A stretch of DNA of 64,000 bases. Origin: an uncultured cyanobacterium. Lineage in GTDB: Bacteria; Cyanobacteriota; Cyanobacteriia; Pseudanabaenales; Pseudanabaenaceae. A model generated the notes under the pieces. It worked only from the letters and a program-made list of their open reading frames with translations. It was not told where the DNA came from and did no database searches. Of the stretch, positions 19,403 through 29,944 are shown piece by piece. The translations under genes and the position numbers were made by a program. Positions within the stretch are counted from its first letter, which is position 1. Each line of letters starts with the position of its first letter. The stretch lies in assembly GCA_963750795.1 (NCBI GenBank), contig CAVVRZ010000018.1:40245-104244 (forward strand). Reading direction: 5' to 3'.

Positions 19403-20413
19403 ATGAAAGACGTAATCGTGATTGGCGCAGGTATGGCAGGCTTAACCTGCGCTCAACAACTCAAGCAAGCGGGTCTAGATGTTAGCATCGTTGAAAAATC
19501 CGCAGGAGTCGGCGGACGTATGGCAACTAGACGTTTGCAAGGTACTTGGGTTGATCATGGCGCACAGTTAATCTCGGTGAAGAGTGACGACTTCGGTAGA
19601 TTTATCCGCAAACTTCAAGACAAAGGTATTGTTAATCCTTGGACTCGTGATGTCTATCAGCTCTCTGCCATTGGATTACAGCCGCCTGATAGCTATGCTC
19701 GTCATCAGCGCTATTGCTGCCCTCTCGGTATGACCGCGATCGCCAAATATCTTGCCAGTGACCTCACGATTATCAATAATGCTCGTATCGTTGCCATTAG
19801 TCACCGCGATCATAAATGGCAACTGGTGAGCGATCGCCAAGAATTGTTAGAAACCAGAGCGATTATCTCCACAATTCCTGCGCCACAGTTTCTACCATTA
19901 TTTGAGGAAGTACTTGCCCCTGCGCCTAGTTTTTTGCAGGCAGTCCAGTCCGTTAAGTTTGTGCCTAGTGTCACGATTATGGCTGGTTATAGCTCAAATC
20001 ATATCGTCCCCGAAGAATGGCAAGCGATCGCCTGTAATGACTCCGTATTGAGCTGGATCAGCCACGATAGTAGTAAGCACGCTGATCACTCAACTCAACC
20101 AGTATTTGTATTTCAAAGTACTGCCGAGTTTGCTAGACAATCTATGGAAGAAGCTGATTTGGAAATCGCTGGCAAACCATTGCTCAATCAAGCGGGAAAA
20201 CTGTTAGCCCCATGGTTGGCTAGTCCTGAGTGGTGGCAAGTTCACCGTTGGCGTTATGCCCTTTCTGAAGAATCCCTAGGAGTTTCCTGTCTATCTACGG
20301 CGATTCCACTACCTCTAGTCTGTGCGGGAGATTGGTGTGCGGGCAAAAACATTGAAGCCGCCTATCACTCTGGTCTAGCCGCCGCCGACTCCGCGATCGA
20401 GTTACTCAAATAA
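19403..20413 (+). CDS. NAD(P)/FAD-dependent oxidoreductase (renalase-like)
   Basis: N-terminal GAGMAGLTCA...VEKSAGVGGR dinucleotide-binding fold. C-terminal GDWC motif. Confidence 0.8.
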   Translation: MKDVIVIGAGMAGLTCAQQLKQAGLDVSIVEKSAGVGGRMATRRLQGTWVDHGAQLISVKSDDFGRFIRKLQDKGIVNPWTRDVYQLSAIGLQPPDSYARHQRYCCPLGMTAIAKYLASDLTIINNARIVAISHRDHKWQLVSDRQELLETRAIISTIPAPQFLPLFEEVLAPAPSFLQAVQSVKFVPSVTIMAGYSSNHIVPEEWQAIACNDSVLSWISHDSSKHADHSTQPVFVFQSTAEFARQSMEEADLEIAGKPLLNQAGKLLAPWLASPEWWQVHRWRYALSEESLGVSCLSTAIPLPLVCAGDWCAGKNIEAAYHSGLAAADSAIELLK

Positions 20414-20426
20414 AATCCCAAAGCAA

Positions 20427-20482
20427 GGGCTTCGACTTCGCTCAGCCACCGTACACCGATGGCTGAGCGAAGTCAAAGCCTC
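20427..20482. mobile_element. MITE family 1 core copy
   Basis: gggcttcgacttcgctcagccaccgtacaccgatggctgagcgaagtcaaagcctc. Confidence 0.65.
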
Positions 20483-20534
20483 TTTTAAATTATTTAAATT
20501 AAATTATTTAAAAATGCTATGAAGCTATAACTCG

Positions 20535-21968
20535 TTATGGTTTTGTTGTCACTGTCAAAATTTGTGGGGGTGTGGCATCGGCAGGATAAAGGAAATCAAA
20601 CTGGACAACACGGCGATCGCCTGGGGGCATCGTCAGCGTAACTAAGGGCTTGCCACGCTCACCACGGCGCATCATCAGATGCACATAGCGAGTTTGGGCA
20701 TTGCCTTGATCATCTTTAAATCTTGTCCTAACCGAGCCACGGAAAAATACATCGTCGGGCAGTGGCTCAAAAAACTGTAAACCACCAACGGGTTTATCGT
20801 ATTTGATCGGATTTTGAAAAGAGAGTACCACCGTCTGGGTTTGATCAGTGGGGTTGTGCAGAGGCATGGTCAAGTTATACTGCACACCGTAATTACCATG
20901 AGCAGAATAGGCGGTATCGGGGTAGCGCACGGCTAGGGGTGCAGTCTGGACTTGTCCCGTTCCCATCGTGCCGTATTGCAGCAAGCTCAACCCGTAGGAA
21001 TAGGAAGCACCACTCTGGGGAATTGCCAGATCGCGACTATTCTCATCGGTCAGGTTGCCGAACCATTGCGAACCAAGCTGGACACCCGCGACGCGACTAT
21101 ATTCAAACCTGCCCTCCTTGAGATCGGGGGGCGTTGGTACAACATCACGGGGTTTTGAGAGTTCGCCTGTTTTGAGGATATTTTCCCACTCTGCCAAGGT
21201 GGGAGCGCGTTCAGTTCCATCAGCATTAAGCCGCGCATAGAGTGCCAAAGTCGCCACATAGACCTTGCCATTGCTGCGTAATCTTGATAGTCCCGATCGC
21301 CCGTTTAGAGGTGGCTCTAATTCTTTAACAGGAATCGGCACATTCATTAACATCCGACTCTCTCGCGGTGGAATCACGACTTGAGCAGGGAAAATATCTT
21401 GACGACGACCGCGCAGAATATCCAGCATCGCGCGATCGCCAGGTCCGCGATAGGTGGCTCCATCATTATTCAGCGAAAAATTGGGCGCGTCGTAAAAAGG
21501 CGCATCGGGCTGACTAAGATAGCTAGCAGCTTGCAGAATATCGATAGTTACGGGCTGATCAGTGGGATTATGGGCGATCGCGCCAATATATAGAGTGCGG
21601 AGATCCTCTGGTGGTGGCGCTTTGGAGATGTGATGTGTAAATACATCAAAGCGTCCCTCAAAGGGGAAATTAAGGTGGGCATTGGGATGCTCCATCCCCG
21701 CAGGTGGAAATGCGGATAGTAAGATGCCTTCAGTCTGCACAATTTCAGGGCTATTGCTATTCAGCATCGGCACTGTATCGAGACTGCCGTTGATCGGACG
21801 CATTTCCTGCGGTTCTAAAATGATTTGTCGCTGACTCGCTGCCTGTGCAAGATTGGGGTTGCGATCGCTAATCTGTAGCTCAGCACTTTTAGCGGGAGTC
21901 ATCGCAATGACAGGCGCAGTGGTTGGTGAACTCGGCACTAATAGCGAAAGTAAAAAAGCTGTCAGCAT
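20535..21968 (-). CDS. secreted conserved cyanobacterial protein (DUF3370-like)
   Basis: 477-aa ORF with a signal peptide. The family name is from memory only. Confidence 0.55.
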   Translation of the reverse strand: MLTAFLLSLLVPSSPTTAPVIAMTPAKSAELQISDRNPNLAQAASQRQIILEPQEMRPINGSLDTVPMLNSNSPEIVQTEGILLSAFPPAGMEHPNAHLNFPFEGRFDVFTHHISKAPPPEDLRTLYIGAIAHNPTDQPVTIDILQAASYLSQPDAPFYDAPNFSLNNDGATYRGPGDRAMLDILRGRRQDIFPAQVVIPPRESRMLMNVPIPVKELEPPLNGRSGLSRLRSNGKVYVATLALYARLNADGTERAPTLAEWENILKTGELSKPRDVVPTPPDLKEGRFEYSRVAGVQLGSQWFGNLTDENSRDLAIPQSGASYSYGLSLLQYGTMGTGQVQTAPLAVRYPDTAYSAHGNYGVQYNLTMPLHNPTDQTQTVVLSFQNPIKYDKPVGGLQFFEPLPDDVFFRGSVRTRFKDDQGNAQTRYVHLMMRRGERGKPLVTLTMPPGDRRVVQFDFLYPADATPPQILTVTTKP

Positions 21969-22068
21969 AGGCTTTGAGTCGATGAGGGGATATTAGGTTA
22001 ATTAAATCTTGTAATACCAAAACACAAAATGGCATAGCCATTTTGTGTTTTTAAAATCTTTATCACAA

Positions 22069-22107
22069 AAAAAGAAGATCCAGCGCAAAGCGCTGGATCT
22101 TCTTTTT
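22069..22107. terminator. hairpin terminator downstream of the ABC ATPase gene
   Basis: 18-bp perfect stem AAAAAGAAGATCCAGCGC/GCGCTGGATCTTCTTTTT. Confidence 0.65.
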
Positions 22108-22109
22108 CT

Positions 22110-22793
22110 CTAGCTTTTTTCTAACAAGACCTGCTTGAGACGCATGGGATCGCCACGGTCTACAACTTGCCCCCGCTCTAACAAAAATGCTCCATCAGCA
22201 TAGTCCAATTCATTTAAGCGATGGGTCACCCATAGAGCCGTGAGATTTTTTTGCTTAACTAGATTTCGTACCGAGGCAACCAAATCAGTTTGATTGCTGC
22301 TGTCTAACAATGCCGTGGGTTCATCTAGCAACAAAACTTCGGCATGACGCGCGATCGCCCCTGCGATCGCTACCCGTTGTTTTTGTCCACCACTGAGAGC
22401 ATAAATGGGACGACGTAACATTTGCGAGAGATTCACCGCCCCCAAAGCTTCGACTACTCGATCCTGAGTTTCGCTGTAGGAGAGATTTTCCGATACTAGA
22501 CCAAAGGCAATATCTGCGCCCACCGTGGGCATTACCAATTGATGATCGGGATTTTGAAATACAAAGCCAACGCGATCGCCAATTTCAATTTCTCCAGAAC
22601 TAGGCTTGAGTAAACCCGCTAACAATCTTAGGAGTGTGGATTTACCACTGCCATTCGTACCCAAAAGCATCCAAAATTCACCCCTCGGCACACTGAGGCT
22701 ACAGTTTTTGAGAACCGTCTCACCCGATGCCCAAGCAAAGTTAAGATTGTGAACGCTAATTGCCGATGTTGTCACAGACTGATCTATGGGCAT
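22110..22793 (-). CDS. ECF/cobalt-type ABC transporter ATP-binding protein
   Basis: Walker A GTNGSGKST, signature LSGGQKQRVAIAG, Walker B LLLDEP, and FQNPDHQL typical of EcfA/CbiO. Confidence 0.85.
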   Translation of the reverse strand: MPIDQSVTTSAISVHNLNFAWASGETVLKNCSLSVPRGEFWMLLGTNGSGKSTLLRLLAGLLKPSSGEIEIGDRVGFVFQNPDHQLVMPTVGADIAFGLVSENLSYSETQDRVVEALGAVNLSQMLRRPIYALSGGQKQRVAIAGAIARHAEVLLLDEPTALLDSSNQTDLVASVRNLVKQKNLTALWVTHRLNELDYADGAFLLERGQVVDRGDPMRLKQVLLEKS

Positions 22794-22899
22794 AGTTAGG
22801 TTTAAAAATTTTACCTACAGGTTTTTTAATATCTAAATTCAAATCACGATCTGCAAACTAAGAAGGGCGACACTTTTCGCCGCCCTTCTGAAGATCTAT

Positions 22900-23163
22900 C
22901 TAACCGCGAATAAAGCCCGCGCCCATATTTGTAGAAGCGCCTGACTTCTCAGAAACCTGAATCGCCGAGATTTCATTAGTAATTACGGTGATTTTTTTGC
23001 CCTCTTGCTTCTCACAGGTTAGCTCCAAAACCTTGGTATTACCATCGGCGATCGCGCTAACAATCTGTTGATAGAGTGCTTCCGCAGTTTCTTGTTCTTT
23101 GCGCTGCACAGACAGAGCGATCGGATTGCTTTTGAGAATGAGTTCGACTGTATACATCAACAT
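22900..23163 (-). CDS. UPF0367-like small cyanobacterial protein
   Basis: MYTVELILKSNPIALSVQRKEQETAEALYQQI...LELTCEK resembles UPF0367. Family name is from memory. Confidence 0.55.
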   Translation of the reverse strand: MLMYTVELILKSNPIALSVQRKEQETAEALYQQIVSAIADGNTKVLELTCEKQEGKKITVITNEISAIQVSEKSGASTNMGAGFIRG

Positions 23164-23649
23164 TAATAGGGATTCCTATCTAAATATGGAAATTGAGAGT
23201 TGTAGGCAAGGAAGTTTTGTCTAGACCATAAACCTCGAAGCTAAGTTGCGGCACGAAGCGTCGTAACTTGCTTTCTTGGATTTTAGTTTGTACTAGCTAA
23301 ATCTTGCTTTGCTATGTAGAAGAAATTGAAATAATAGGCTGATTCTGATGATAAGCGGCACAAACCACTATTGATCATCGATTCCTCTAAAATTATAGCC
23401 ATAGCTAAGCAAGAGTTATCTAAACCCAAGAAGCAAGTGGCGATCGCTATAGCAAATAATTTTGATGTTAGTGAATAGAGAGAATTAATACTTAAAACCG
23501 AATTTTGCAAGCAAAATATGAGGCTCCAACTCGTCTATATGTTCTTATCAAGACATATTCGAGAATCAATATGAGTTTTGAGTTCTGCGATACCAAAATT
23601 TGAGCACTGATAGCCTAAATTGATGTGAATTGGTTAGAAACACTCCGCC

Positions 23650-23826
23650 ATGACACAAAATAGCAATCTTCAAAGAGTCAGATATCTTCGTCAGCAAATT
23701 ATTACGGAGACTCGCGATCAGTTTGCTGATTGGGATCATGTCCAACATCTACTAGATGAGTTGATGTTGAACCATAATCAGTACAAGCAGTCTGCTATCA
23801 AAGAAAATATTCGCCTTTACCACTAA
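23650..23826 (+). CDS. small hypothetical protein (58 aa, not in the ORF track)
   Basis: ATG to TAA ORF followed 13 nt later by a 22-bp hairpin. No homology recognised. Confidence 0.3.
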   Translation: MTQNSNLQRVRYLRQQIITETRDQFADWDHVQHLLDELMLNHNQYKQSAIKENIRLYH

Positions 23827-23839
23827 TTTTATAGAAATC

Positions 23840-23888
23840 AAAAGCCAAGGACTTCATGGCACGCAGTGCCATGAAGTCCTTGGCTTTT
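23840..23888. terminator. hairpin terminator
   Basis: aaaagccaaggacttcatggca / tgccatgaagtccttggctttt perfect stem plus a T-run. Confidence 0.6.
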
Positions 23889-23924
23889 TGCATGGCAAAG
23901 TCAGGTCTGCTTGGGACAAAAAAC

Positions 23925-23967
23925 CAGAAGATGAGTGGCGGCGGTTTGCGCCGCCACTCATCTTCTG
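23925..23967. repeat. GC-core palindrome family member (GAGTGGCGGCG...CGCCGCCACTC)
   Basis: cagaagatgagtggcggcg gtttg cgccgccactcatcttctg, a perfect 19-bp stem. Confidence 0.7.
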
Positions 23968-24008
23968 ATCAAGTGAGAGTTGGCGTGACGTGAGTTCGAT
24001 ATACAGAT

Positions 24009-24125
24009 AATTCAAATAAGAAAATTAGGGCTTCGACGCTTCGACAAGCTCAGTGCATCGCTTCGCTCAGCCAGCAATATACGATGGCTGAGCGAAGTCG
24101 AAGCCTCTTGAATTTATTTGAAATT
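24009..24125. mobile_element. MITE family 1, long form
   Basis: aattcaaataagaaaattagggcttcgacgcttcgacaagctcagtgcatcgcttcgctcagcc...gtcgaagcctcttgaatttatttg. Confidence 0.75.
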
Positions 24126-24194
24126 ACTACAGAACTGCTATAGCCATTTGCGTCTTCGTCACACTGACATTAACGTCAGTTTGGAGTAGTCTAT

Positions 24195-24278
24195 AGGCAA
24201 TAAAAATCCCAAGCCGCGCGATGCGCGGCTTGGGATTTTTATTGCCTAGACAGGGTTTGCACCGCAAACCCTGTCTAG
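24195..24278. terminator. two adjacent perfect hairpins downstream of nadA
   Basis: aggcaataaaaatcccaagccgcgc/gcgcggcttgggatttttattgcct, then ctagacagggtttgc/gcaaaccctgtctag. Confidence 0.6.
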
Positions 24279-24308
24279 GAGATTGATTGAATTTAATCCG
24301 CTCTGAGA

Positions 24309-25304
24309 TTAGACGGACATTTCCAGCATTCGCTGCATTGGTTTGAGTGCAGCTAGACGAACTGTTTCATCTAGTTCAAGGGCGGGAGACTTAGTTTTCA
24401 TCGCTAGATACACTTTTTCAAGGGTATTCAGCCTCATATAGGGGCATTCATTACAGGCGCAGTTGCTATTGGGTGGTGCAGGGATAAACTTTTTAGCTGG
24501 AGCCGCTTTCTGCATCTGATGGATTACCCCTGACTCAGTAACCACGATAAATTCTTGGCGATCGCTCTTCTGCACGTACTTTAATAAGCCAGTGGTGGAG
24601 CCGATGTAATTCGCATGGCGCAAAATATTAGTCTCACATTCAGGATGGGCAATGATTTCAGCTTGGGGGTGTACTAGCTGGAGATCAATTAATTTCCGCT
24701 CGGAAAATATCTCATGAACCATACAGGCTCCATCCCATAGCAACATCTCCCTGCCTGTCTGCTCCATCACATAACGACCCAAATTGCGATCAGGCGCGAA
24801 AATGATTGGTTGATCCTTGGGTATTTGATTAACAATCTTGACCGCATTGGCGCTCGTACAGATGATATCGCTCATCGCCTTGATGTCCGCCGAACAGTTT
24901 ATGTAGGAAATCACCAAATGATCGGGATGTTGTGCCTTAAATTCGGCGAAGCGATCGGGCGGACAGCTATCAGCTAGGGAACAGCCCGCATCAAGATCAG
25001 GCAGTAGCACTAGGCGATCGGGATTGAGGATTTTGGCTGTCTCTGCCATGAAATGTACGCCCAAAAACACGATCACATCGGCTTCACACTTGACCGCCGC
25101 CTGTGATAGTCCTAGCGAATCACCAATATAATCAGCAATATCTTGAAGGTCTGGATCTTGGTAATAATGCGCCAAAATCACTGCATTTAGTTCTTTTTTA
25201 AGATCAGCGATCGCTTGAAATAAATCTTGAGGTCGGCTATTGGATTGCTGAATATTAGGAATCTGGCTGGCGACGGCAGTAGATCGTTCGGTGGTAAGGA
25301 ACAC
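24309..25304 (-). CDS. nadA: quinolinate synthase NadA
   Basis: [29 protein letters not shown] and CACNECPYM motifs. Confidence 0.95.
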   Translation of the reverse strand: MFLTTERSTAVASQIPNIQQSNSRPQDLFQAIADLKKELNAVILAHYYQDPDLQDIADYIGDSLGLSQAAVKCEADVIVFLGVHFMAETAKILNPDRLVLLPDLDAGCSLADSCPPDRFAEFKAQHPDHLVISYINCSADIKAMSDIICTSANAVKIVNQIPKDQPIIFAPDRNLGRYVMEQTGREMLLWDGACMVHEIFSERKLIDLQLVHPQAEIIAHPECETNILRHANYIGSTTGLLKYVQKSDRQEFIVVTESGVIHQMQKAAPAKKFIPAPPNSNCACNECPYMRLNTLEKVYLAMKTKSPALELDETVRLAALKPMQRMLEMSV

Positions 25305-25804
25305 AATTTACCTCGCGGAGATATGGTGAATATTTTGGGAAGACTTGAAAGCAAAAATTAAGGACAGAAATTATGGATAAAAACTAATAGTAAAGATTGT
25401 TGATTCTTTATATTTGATTATAGTGGAAATCACCAAAAGCGAAACCATCAAAGCTGATTATTATTCGGCAAAAATTTTCAGATCCTTAGTCTTGATTTTT
25501 TGCGCTAGCCTTGTCAAAAATAGGCAGAATCTGGCAACTTTTCATTCTGTTTGAACGTCTCCAAAGTTTAGGAATACCTGAGCAAGGTATAAATACCAAA
25601 TTAAAGGCTGCTCAAATAACGGAAATCAGGGCAGAAAGCGATCGCGGGTTTTGCAAATTATCGACAGGTTTTTTACAAACTTTATTGATTTTGCTCCTAG
25701 CAATGCTCGACTATGTGGAGAGGGGGAAATAGCCTAGTCTGGAATATTCCGCTTAGCTGAGCTTGGAGTAATTGCATTATTTCGAGGTAATTACAATTAT
25801 TTAG

Positions 25805-26680
25805 ATGAAGTATATGAAGATGTCATTTTTACAACCAGTATTCACCAGACTTCAGCGCCATTGGAAATTTGCGATCGCCATGACGATGGCACTAACTCTA
25901 TCCATATCGCTCAATCCTTTCACCGCTAACGCTTTCGATTTAACAAATCTACTGCGAGTTTTGCCATCAGCTTTACAAATCATCCAACTTTCCAATATCG
26001 GTGATGCTGAAGAAGTCCAGTTAGGCAGACAGATTGATGCCCAAATTCAGCAGGAGGTAAGGATTAGTCGTGATCCTGCGGCGAATGCCCTAGTAACACG
26101 TCTCGGACAGATGCTTGCTCGCACTAGCGATCGCCCCAATATTCCCTACACATTCCGCGTAGTTGATGACAATAATCTCAATGCTTTTGCCACGATGGGG
26201 GGCTTTGTCTATATCAATACGGGTACGATCGCCGCATCGGATAACGTGGCTCAGTTGGCAAGTGTGATCGGTCATGAGATTGGACATATCACAGGTCAAC
26301 ACTCCCTAGCCCAAATGCGGCAAATGGCGATCGCTCAGGGCATCGCCACAGTTGCTGGAGTCGCCGATGATCGTCTCGTCGGTATCGGCGTAAACCTAGC
26401 CCTGCGCTTGCCCAACAGCCGAGAAGCAGAATTTGATGCTGATCGTCGTGGCTTGCTGAATATCACGAGATCGGGATTTGCAGCTAGAGCCATGCCTGCA
26501 TTTATGCAGAAGCTAGCCAGTTCTGGCGGTGGCGGCGCACCAACTTTCTTGAGTTCTCACCCTGCCACGGGCGAGCGCATCTCTGCCCTCAATCAGACCA
26601 TTCAAGCCAATAACCTCAATACATCAGGTGGCTTAAACGATAGTGAATATCAAAGAATTTGGCGATCGCGTTTTCGCTAA
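25805..26680 (+). CDS. M48 family metallopeptidase
   Basis: Signal/TM N-terminus. Motifs NAFATMGGFVYINTG, the zinc site GHEIGHITGQH, and EFDADRRG. Confidence 0.85.
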   Translation: MKYMKMSFLQPVFTRLQRHWKFAIAMTMALTLSISLNPFTANAFDLTNLLRVLPSALQIIQLSNIGDAEEVQLGRQIDAQIQQEVRISRDPAANALVTRLGQMLARTSDRPNIPYTFRVVDDNNLNAFATMGGFVYINTGTIAASDNVAQLASVIGHEIGHITGQHSLAQMRQMAIAQGIATVAGVADDRLVGIGVNLALRLPNSREAEFDADRRGLLNITRSGFAARAMPAFMQKLASSGGGGAPTFLSSHPATGERISALNQTIQANNLNTSGGLNDSEYQRIWRSRFR

Positions 26681-26684
26681 ATCC

Positions 26685-26729
26685 AATAACAAATAGGGGC
26701 GACGCAATGCGTCGCCCCTATTTGTTATT
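26685..26729. terminator. hairpin terminator after the M48 gene
   Basis: 21-bp perfect stem aataacaaataggggcgacgc/gcgtcgcccctatttgttatt. Confidence 0.65.
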
Positions 26730-26841
26730 GACTACTGGCTGCACAAAGTCGCAGCCCTCTTTCATCTGAAAACTTTAATAAACTCCGAAAACTTTAGTAC
26801 AATACCTAACAGTCCCTTGGTAAGTATTTATTCTCATTGAC

Positions 26842-28557
26842 ATGACACTAGACCAATTTCCTTGGCTTACCGCGATTGTCCTGCTGCCCCTTTTAGCCTC
26901 TTTACTGATCCCAATCTTGCCAGATAAAGAAGGTAAAACCATACGTTGGTACGCATTAGGTGTAGGCATCGCTGATTTTGTTTTGATGTGCTATGCCTTC
27001 TGGCGAAACTATGACTCCAGCAGTACGACTTTTCAACTCGCGGAAAAGTACACATGGATACCCCAACTAGGTCTGAGTTGGGCGGTTTCAGTGGATGGCA
27101 TCTCTGCACCCTTGGTGCTACTAGCAGGGTTAGTCACTACCCTTGCCATATTCGCTGCTTGGCAGGTCAACATCAAGCCTCGTCTGTTTTATTTCTTGAT
27201 GTTGGTTCTTTACTCTGCCCAGATCGGCGTATTTGTTGCTCAAGATTTATTGATGTTCTTCATCATGTGGGAAGTTGAGCTAATTCCCGTTTATCTGCTC
27301 GTTTCCATTTGGGGCGGACAGAAGCGTCAATATGCCGCCACCAAGTTTTTGCTATACACCGCCGCCGCCTCGATCTTTATCTTGGTCGCAGGTTTGGCAA
27401 TGGCTCTCTACGGTGGCAATCTGACCTTTGACATGGCAGAGCTAGCCCTCAAGGATTTCCCCCTCGCCCTAGAATTACCACTCTACGCAGGTTTGTTGAT
27501 TGCCTTTGGAGTCAAATTGGCAATCTTCCCATTACATACTTGGCTGCCCGACGCTCACGGTGAGGCATCTTCCCCAGTCTCAATGATCCTTGCAGGAGTA
27601 CTGCTGAAGATGGGCGGCTATGGTTTGATTCGGCTAAATATGGGACTGCTCGATCAAGCTCACGTTTACTTTGCGCCAGTTTTAGCAATGCTAGGGGTGA
27701 TTAACATCGTTTACGGTGCGGTTAACTCCTTTGCTCAGACCAATATGAAGCGCCGTCTTGCCTTCTCATCGGTCTCACACATGGGGTTTGTCCTGATTGG
27801 CATTGCTTCATTTACCGATCTGGGGATTAGTGGCGCAATGTTGCAAATGCTCTCCCACGGCTTGATTGCCGCAGTACTATTCTTCCTTGCGGGCGTTACG
27901 TACGATCGCACCCATACGATGCTGCTCAATGAAATGGGATACATCGGCAAGGTCATGCCTAAGGTGTTTGCTTTATTTACCGTTGGTGCATTAGCTTCGC
28001 TAGCATTGCCGGGGATGAGCGGATTCGCTAGTGAGATTGCGGTATTTGTGGGGATGACTTCTAGTGATGTTTATAGCTCGACTTTCCGCACCGTTACCGT
28101 ATTTTTAGCAGCAGTTGGTGTAATTTTGACTCCGATTTATTTGTTGTCGATGTTGCGTCAAATCTTCTATGCGTCCGACGGCAATCCTACCTGTGATATC
28201 AATCCTTCCTGTGAACTGTCTGATATTAGTCTCAAGGCTCAGGGCAATCAAGATGTGGTTTGCTTCGGTACAAATTGTGTGCTGCCGATTAATGCTGAGT
28301 TTACGGATGCTAAGCCCCGTGAGGTCTTCATCGCTGTATGTTTCCTAGTACCGATTATTGCGATCGGTGCTTATCCCAAGCTCGCCACTAATTTTTATGA
28401 TGCGACTACGGTGGCAATTAATTCGCAGATGGTCAGCGCCCATGAACAGGTATCAACGACCAGAAAGTCCCAAATTTTGGCGGAACAGGTTGATCCATCT
28501 GGCAAGCCCTTAGAACTCTTGATCACACCATCCCTTGCGGCTGTGACAACAAGATAA
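26842..28557 (+). CDS. ndhD: NAD(P)H-quinone oxidoreductase subunit 4 (NdhD, D1/D2-like)
   Basis: [35 protein letters not shown] and [10 protein letters not shown]. Polytopic membrane protein. Confidence 0.9.
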   Translation: MTLDQFPWLTAIVLLPLLASLLIPILPDKEGKTIRWYALGVGIADFVLMCYAFWRNYDSSSTTFQLAEKYTWIPQLGLSWAVSVDGISAPLVLLAGLVTTLAIFAAWQVNIKPRLFYFLMLVLYSAQIGVFVAQDLLMFFIMWEVELIPVYLLVSIWGGQKRQYAATKFLLYTAAASIFILVAGLAMALYGGNLTFDMAELALKDFPLALELPLYAGLLIAFGVKLAIFPLHTWLPDAHGEASSPVSMILAGVLLKMGGYGLIRLNMGLLDQAHVYFAPVLAMLGVINIVYGAVNSFAQTNMKRRLAFSSVSHMGFVLIGIASFTDLGISGAMLQMLSHGLIAAVLFFLAGVTYDRTHTMLLNEMGYIGKVMPKVFALFTVGALASLALPGMSGFASEIAVFVGMTSSDVYSSTFRTVTVFLAAVGVILTPIYLLSMLRQIFYASDGNPTCDINPSCELSDISLKAQGNQDVVCFGTNCVLPINAEFTDAKPREVFIAVCFLVPIIAIGAYPKLATNFYDATTVAINSQMVSAHEQVSTTRKSQILAEQVDPSGKPLELLITPSLAAVTTR

Positions 28558-28571
28558 AAAGGTTTAGACAC

Positions 28572-28618
28572 CCACAAAAAGCAAAAGCCGCGCTAATCGC
28601 GGCTTTTGCTTTTTGTGG
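28572..28618. terminator. bidirectional hairpin between convergent ndhD and the TPR gene
   Basis: ccacaaaaagcaaaagccgcg/cgcggcttttgctttttgtgg perfect stem. Confidence 0.65.
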
Positions 28619-28665
28619 ATTCTTAGAAAACGTCAGTTCGACAAGTAGCTATATCAAGATCGCTT

Positions 28666-29574
28666 TTAGTTAGAGCGGATTCTCGAAGGATTTTGATTAG
28701 AGACTTGACTCTCGTCAATGATCTGTTTAACTTGAGGCTGTGCCAAGATGACTTGGACATCGGCAATCAAGCGATCGCCCCAGAGATTTTCGATCAGATA
28801 GGGGATCTTGCCATAGCGTGGATCAATCTTCATCGCTTCGACTGCTAACTGCACACCCTTAGCGCGATCGCCTTTGCGATAAAAAGCCGTGGCGAGGGCA
28901 AGGGTTGGCTCAGCCGCCATAAACTCTACTTTTTCAGCTTGGGTAAGAGAGTTTTGCCATTTGTCGATCGCTTGATCGACATTGCCACGTTCATATTCGA
29001 CTAGACCAATGTTGTTGGTCGCTGCCCAAAACTTATCATCAAGGGTCAACACATCTTGATAGACGTTTACGGCTTCGTTGTAGCGTTTGGTCAAGAAATA
29101 GGCATTGGCAAGATCAAACATTGCTGTGGCAGACTTTGGTTCTAAGCTTAAGCCCTTTTGAATGTTGCTAATAGCTTCGGGATAGTTTTTGTTTCGCAAA
29201 TAGGCAGCACCCAACTCAAAAAGAATTCTTGGCTCATCTTTTTTGAGATTGTGGGCGATATTTAGAGAAGCGATCGCATCCTGATACTTTTCGGTACGCA
29301 GGTAAATGCTCCCGAGGATACCGTGGGTTTGGAAAGACTTTGGAGCCAACTGGGTGGCGAGGCGGGCGCGGGATAAGGCTAGATCATACTGCTCAAACTG
29401 AGCGCGTCTTGCCGCTTCGATAGATAGGCTCAACGCTTGTCTTTCTAGATTCTCAAATTTGATACGAGTTGTATGGGGAAATAGGGCTTGAGCATGGCTA
29501 GACGCAACTCCAATCCCTAGAGAGGATAGGGAGGTGATGAGGGCAATTAACCAAGACTTGTAACGCACAGGCAT
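28666..29574 (-). CDS. TPR-repeat protein with signal peptide
   Basis: Repeated A..Y...g.Y..Ai..y..al.l.P units along the whole ORF. Confidence 0.8.
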   Translation of the reverse strand: MPVRYKSWLIALITSLSSLGIGVASSHAQALFPHTTRIKFENLERQALSLSIEAARRAQFEQYDLALSRARLATQLAPKSFQTHGILGSIYLRTEKYQDAIASLNIAHNLKKDEPRILFELGAAYLRNKNYPEAISNIQKGLSLEPKSATAMFDLANAYFLTKRYNEAVNVYQDVLTLDDKFWAATNNIGLVEYERGNVDQAIDKWQNSLTQAEKVEFMAAEPTLALATAFYRKGDRAKGVQLAVEAMKIDPRYGKIPYLIENLWGDRLIADVQVILAQPQVKQIIDESQVSNQNPSRIRSN

Positions 29575-29640
29575 AATTCTTAGCGATTTTAGAGCAATTG
29601 TAGATATTTTATTGTAGTCGCATATTAGGATTGCTTTGTA

Positions 29641-29745
29641 TGAGTAGCTATGGACAATTAAATATAAAGCCTTAAAACCCTTGGCGGACGCTGCGCGTCC
29701 GCCAAGGGTTTTAGCTTTGGTTCACGATTAAGCTCAACAACTTAT
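29641..29745. mobile_element. MITE family 2 copy (right end degenerate)
   Basis: tgagtagctatggacaattaaatataaagccttaaaacccttggcggacgc tgc gcgtccgccaagggttttagc... Confidence 0.65.
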
Positions 29746-29750
29746 AGTAA

Positions 29751-29866
29751 TTCCAAATAAATTCAAGAGGCTTCGACTTCGCTCAGCCATAGTATATTGC
29801 TGGCTGAGCGAAGCGATGCACTGAGCTTGTCGAAGCGTCGAAGCCCTATTTCTCTCATTTGAATTG
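29751..29866. mobile_element. MITE family 1, long form
   Basis: ttccaaataaattcaagaggcttcgac...aagcgatgcactgagcttgtcgaagcgtcgaagccctatttctctcatttgaattg. Confidence 0.75.
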
Positions 29867-29944
29867 TCCATAGTTAACGTGAGTTCAACATCGCCATTTG
29901 CGCCGCGCTTCGCGCGGCGCAAATGGTGAAAAACTGGCTTTTAT

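Noticed and set aside
23283-23748. Two minus-strand ORFs of 75 and 60 aa (23283-23510 and 23566-23748).
   Set aside because: No RBS, terminator or motif support. The second is antisense to a plus-strand 58-codon ORF that has a proper terminator.
23988-24000. The GTTCGA-containing motif (ACGTGAGTTCGAT) looks like a tRNA T-arm.
   Set aside because: No acceptor, D or anticodon arms can be folded around any copy. The motif behaves as a terminal inverted repeat of a MITE family.
25511-25732. 73-aa plus-strand ORF upstream of the M48 peptidase gene.
   Set aside because: It has a TTG-type start, no motif, and lies in the nadA/M48 divergent promoter region. Likely non-coding.
29734-29922. 62-aa minus-strand ORF.
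   Set aside because: It is a translation of the MITE family-1 copy and the adjacent hairpin.
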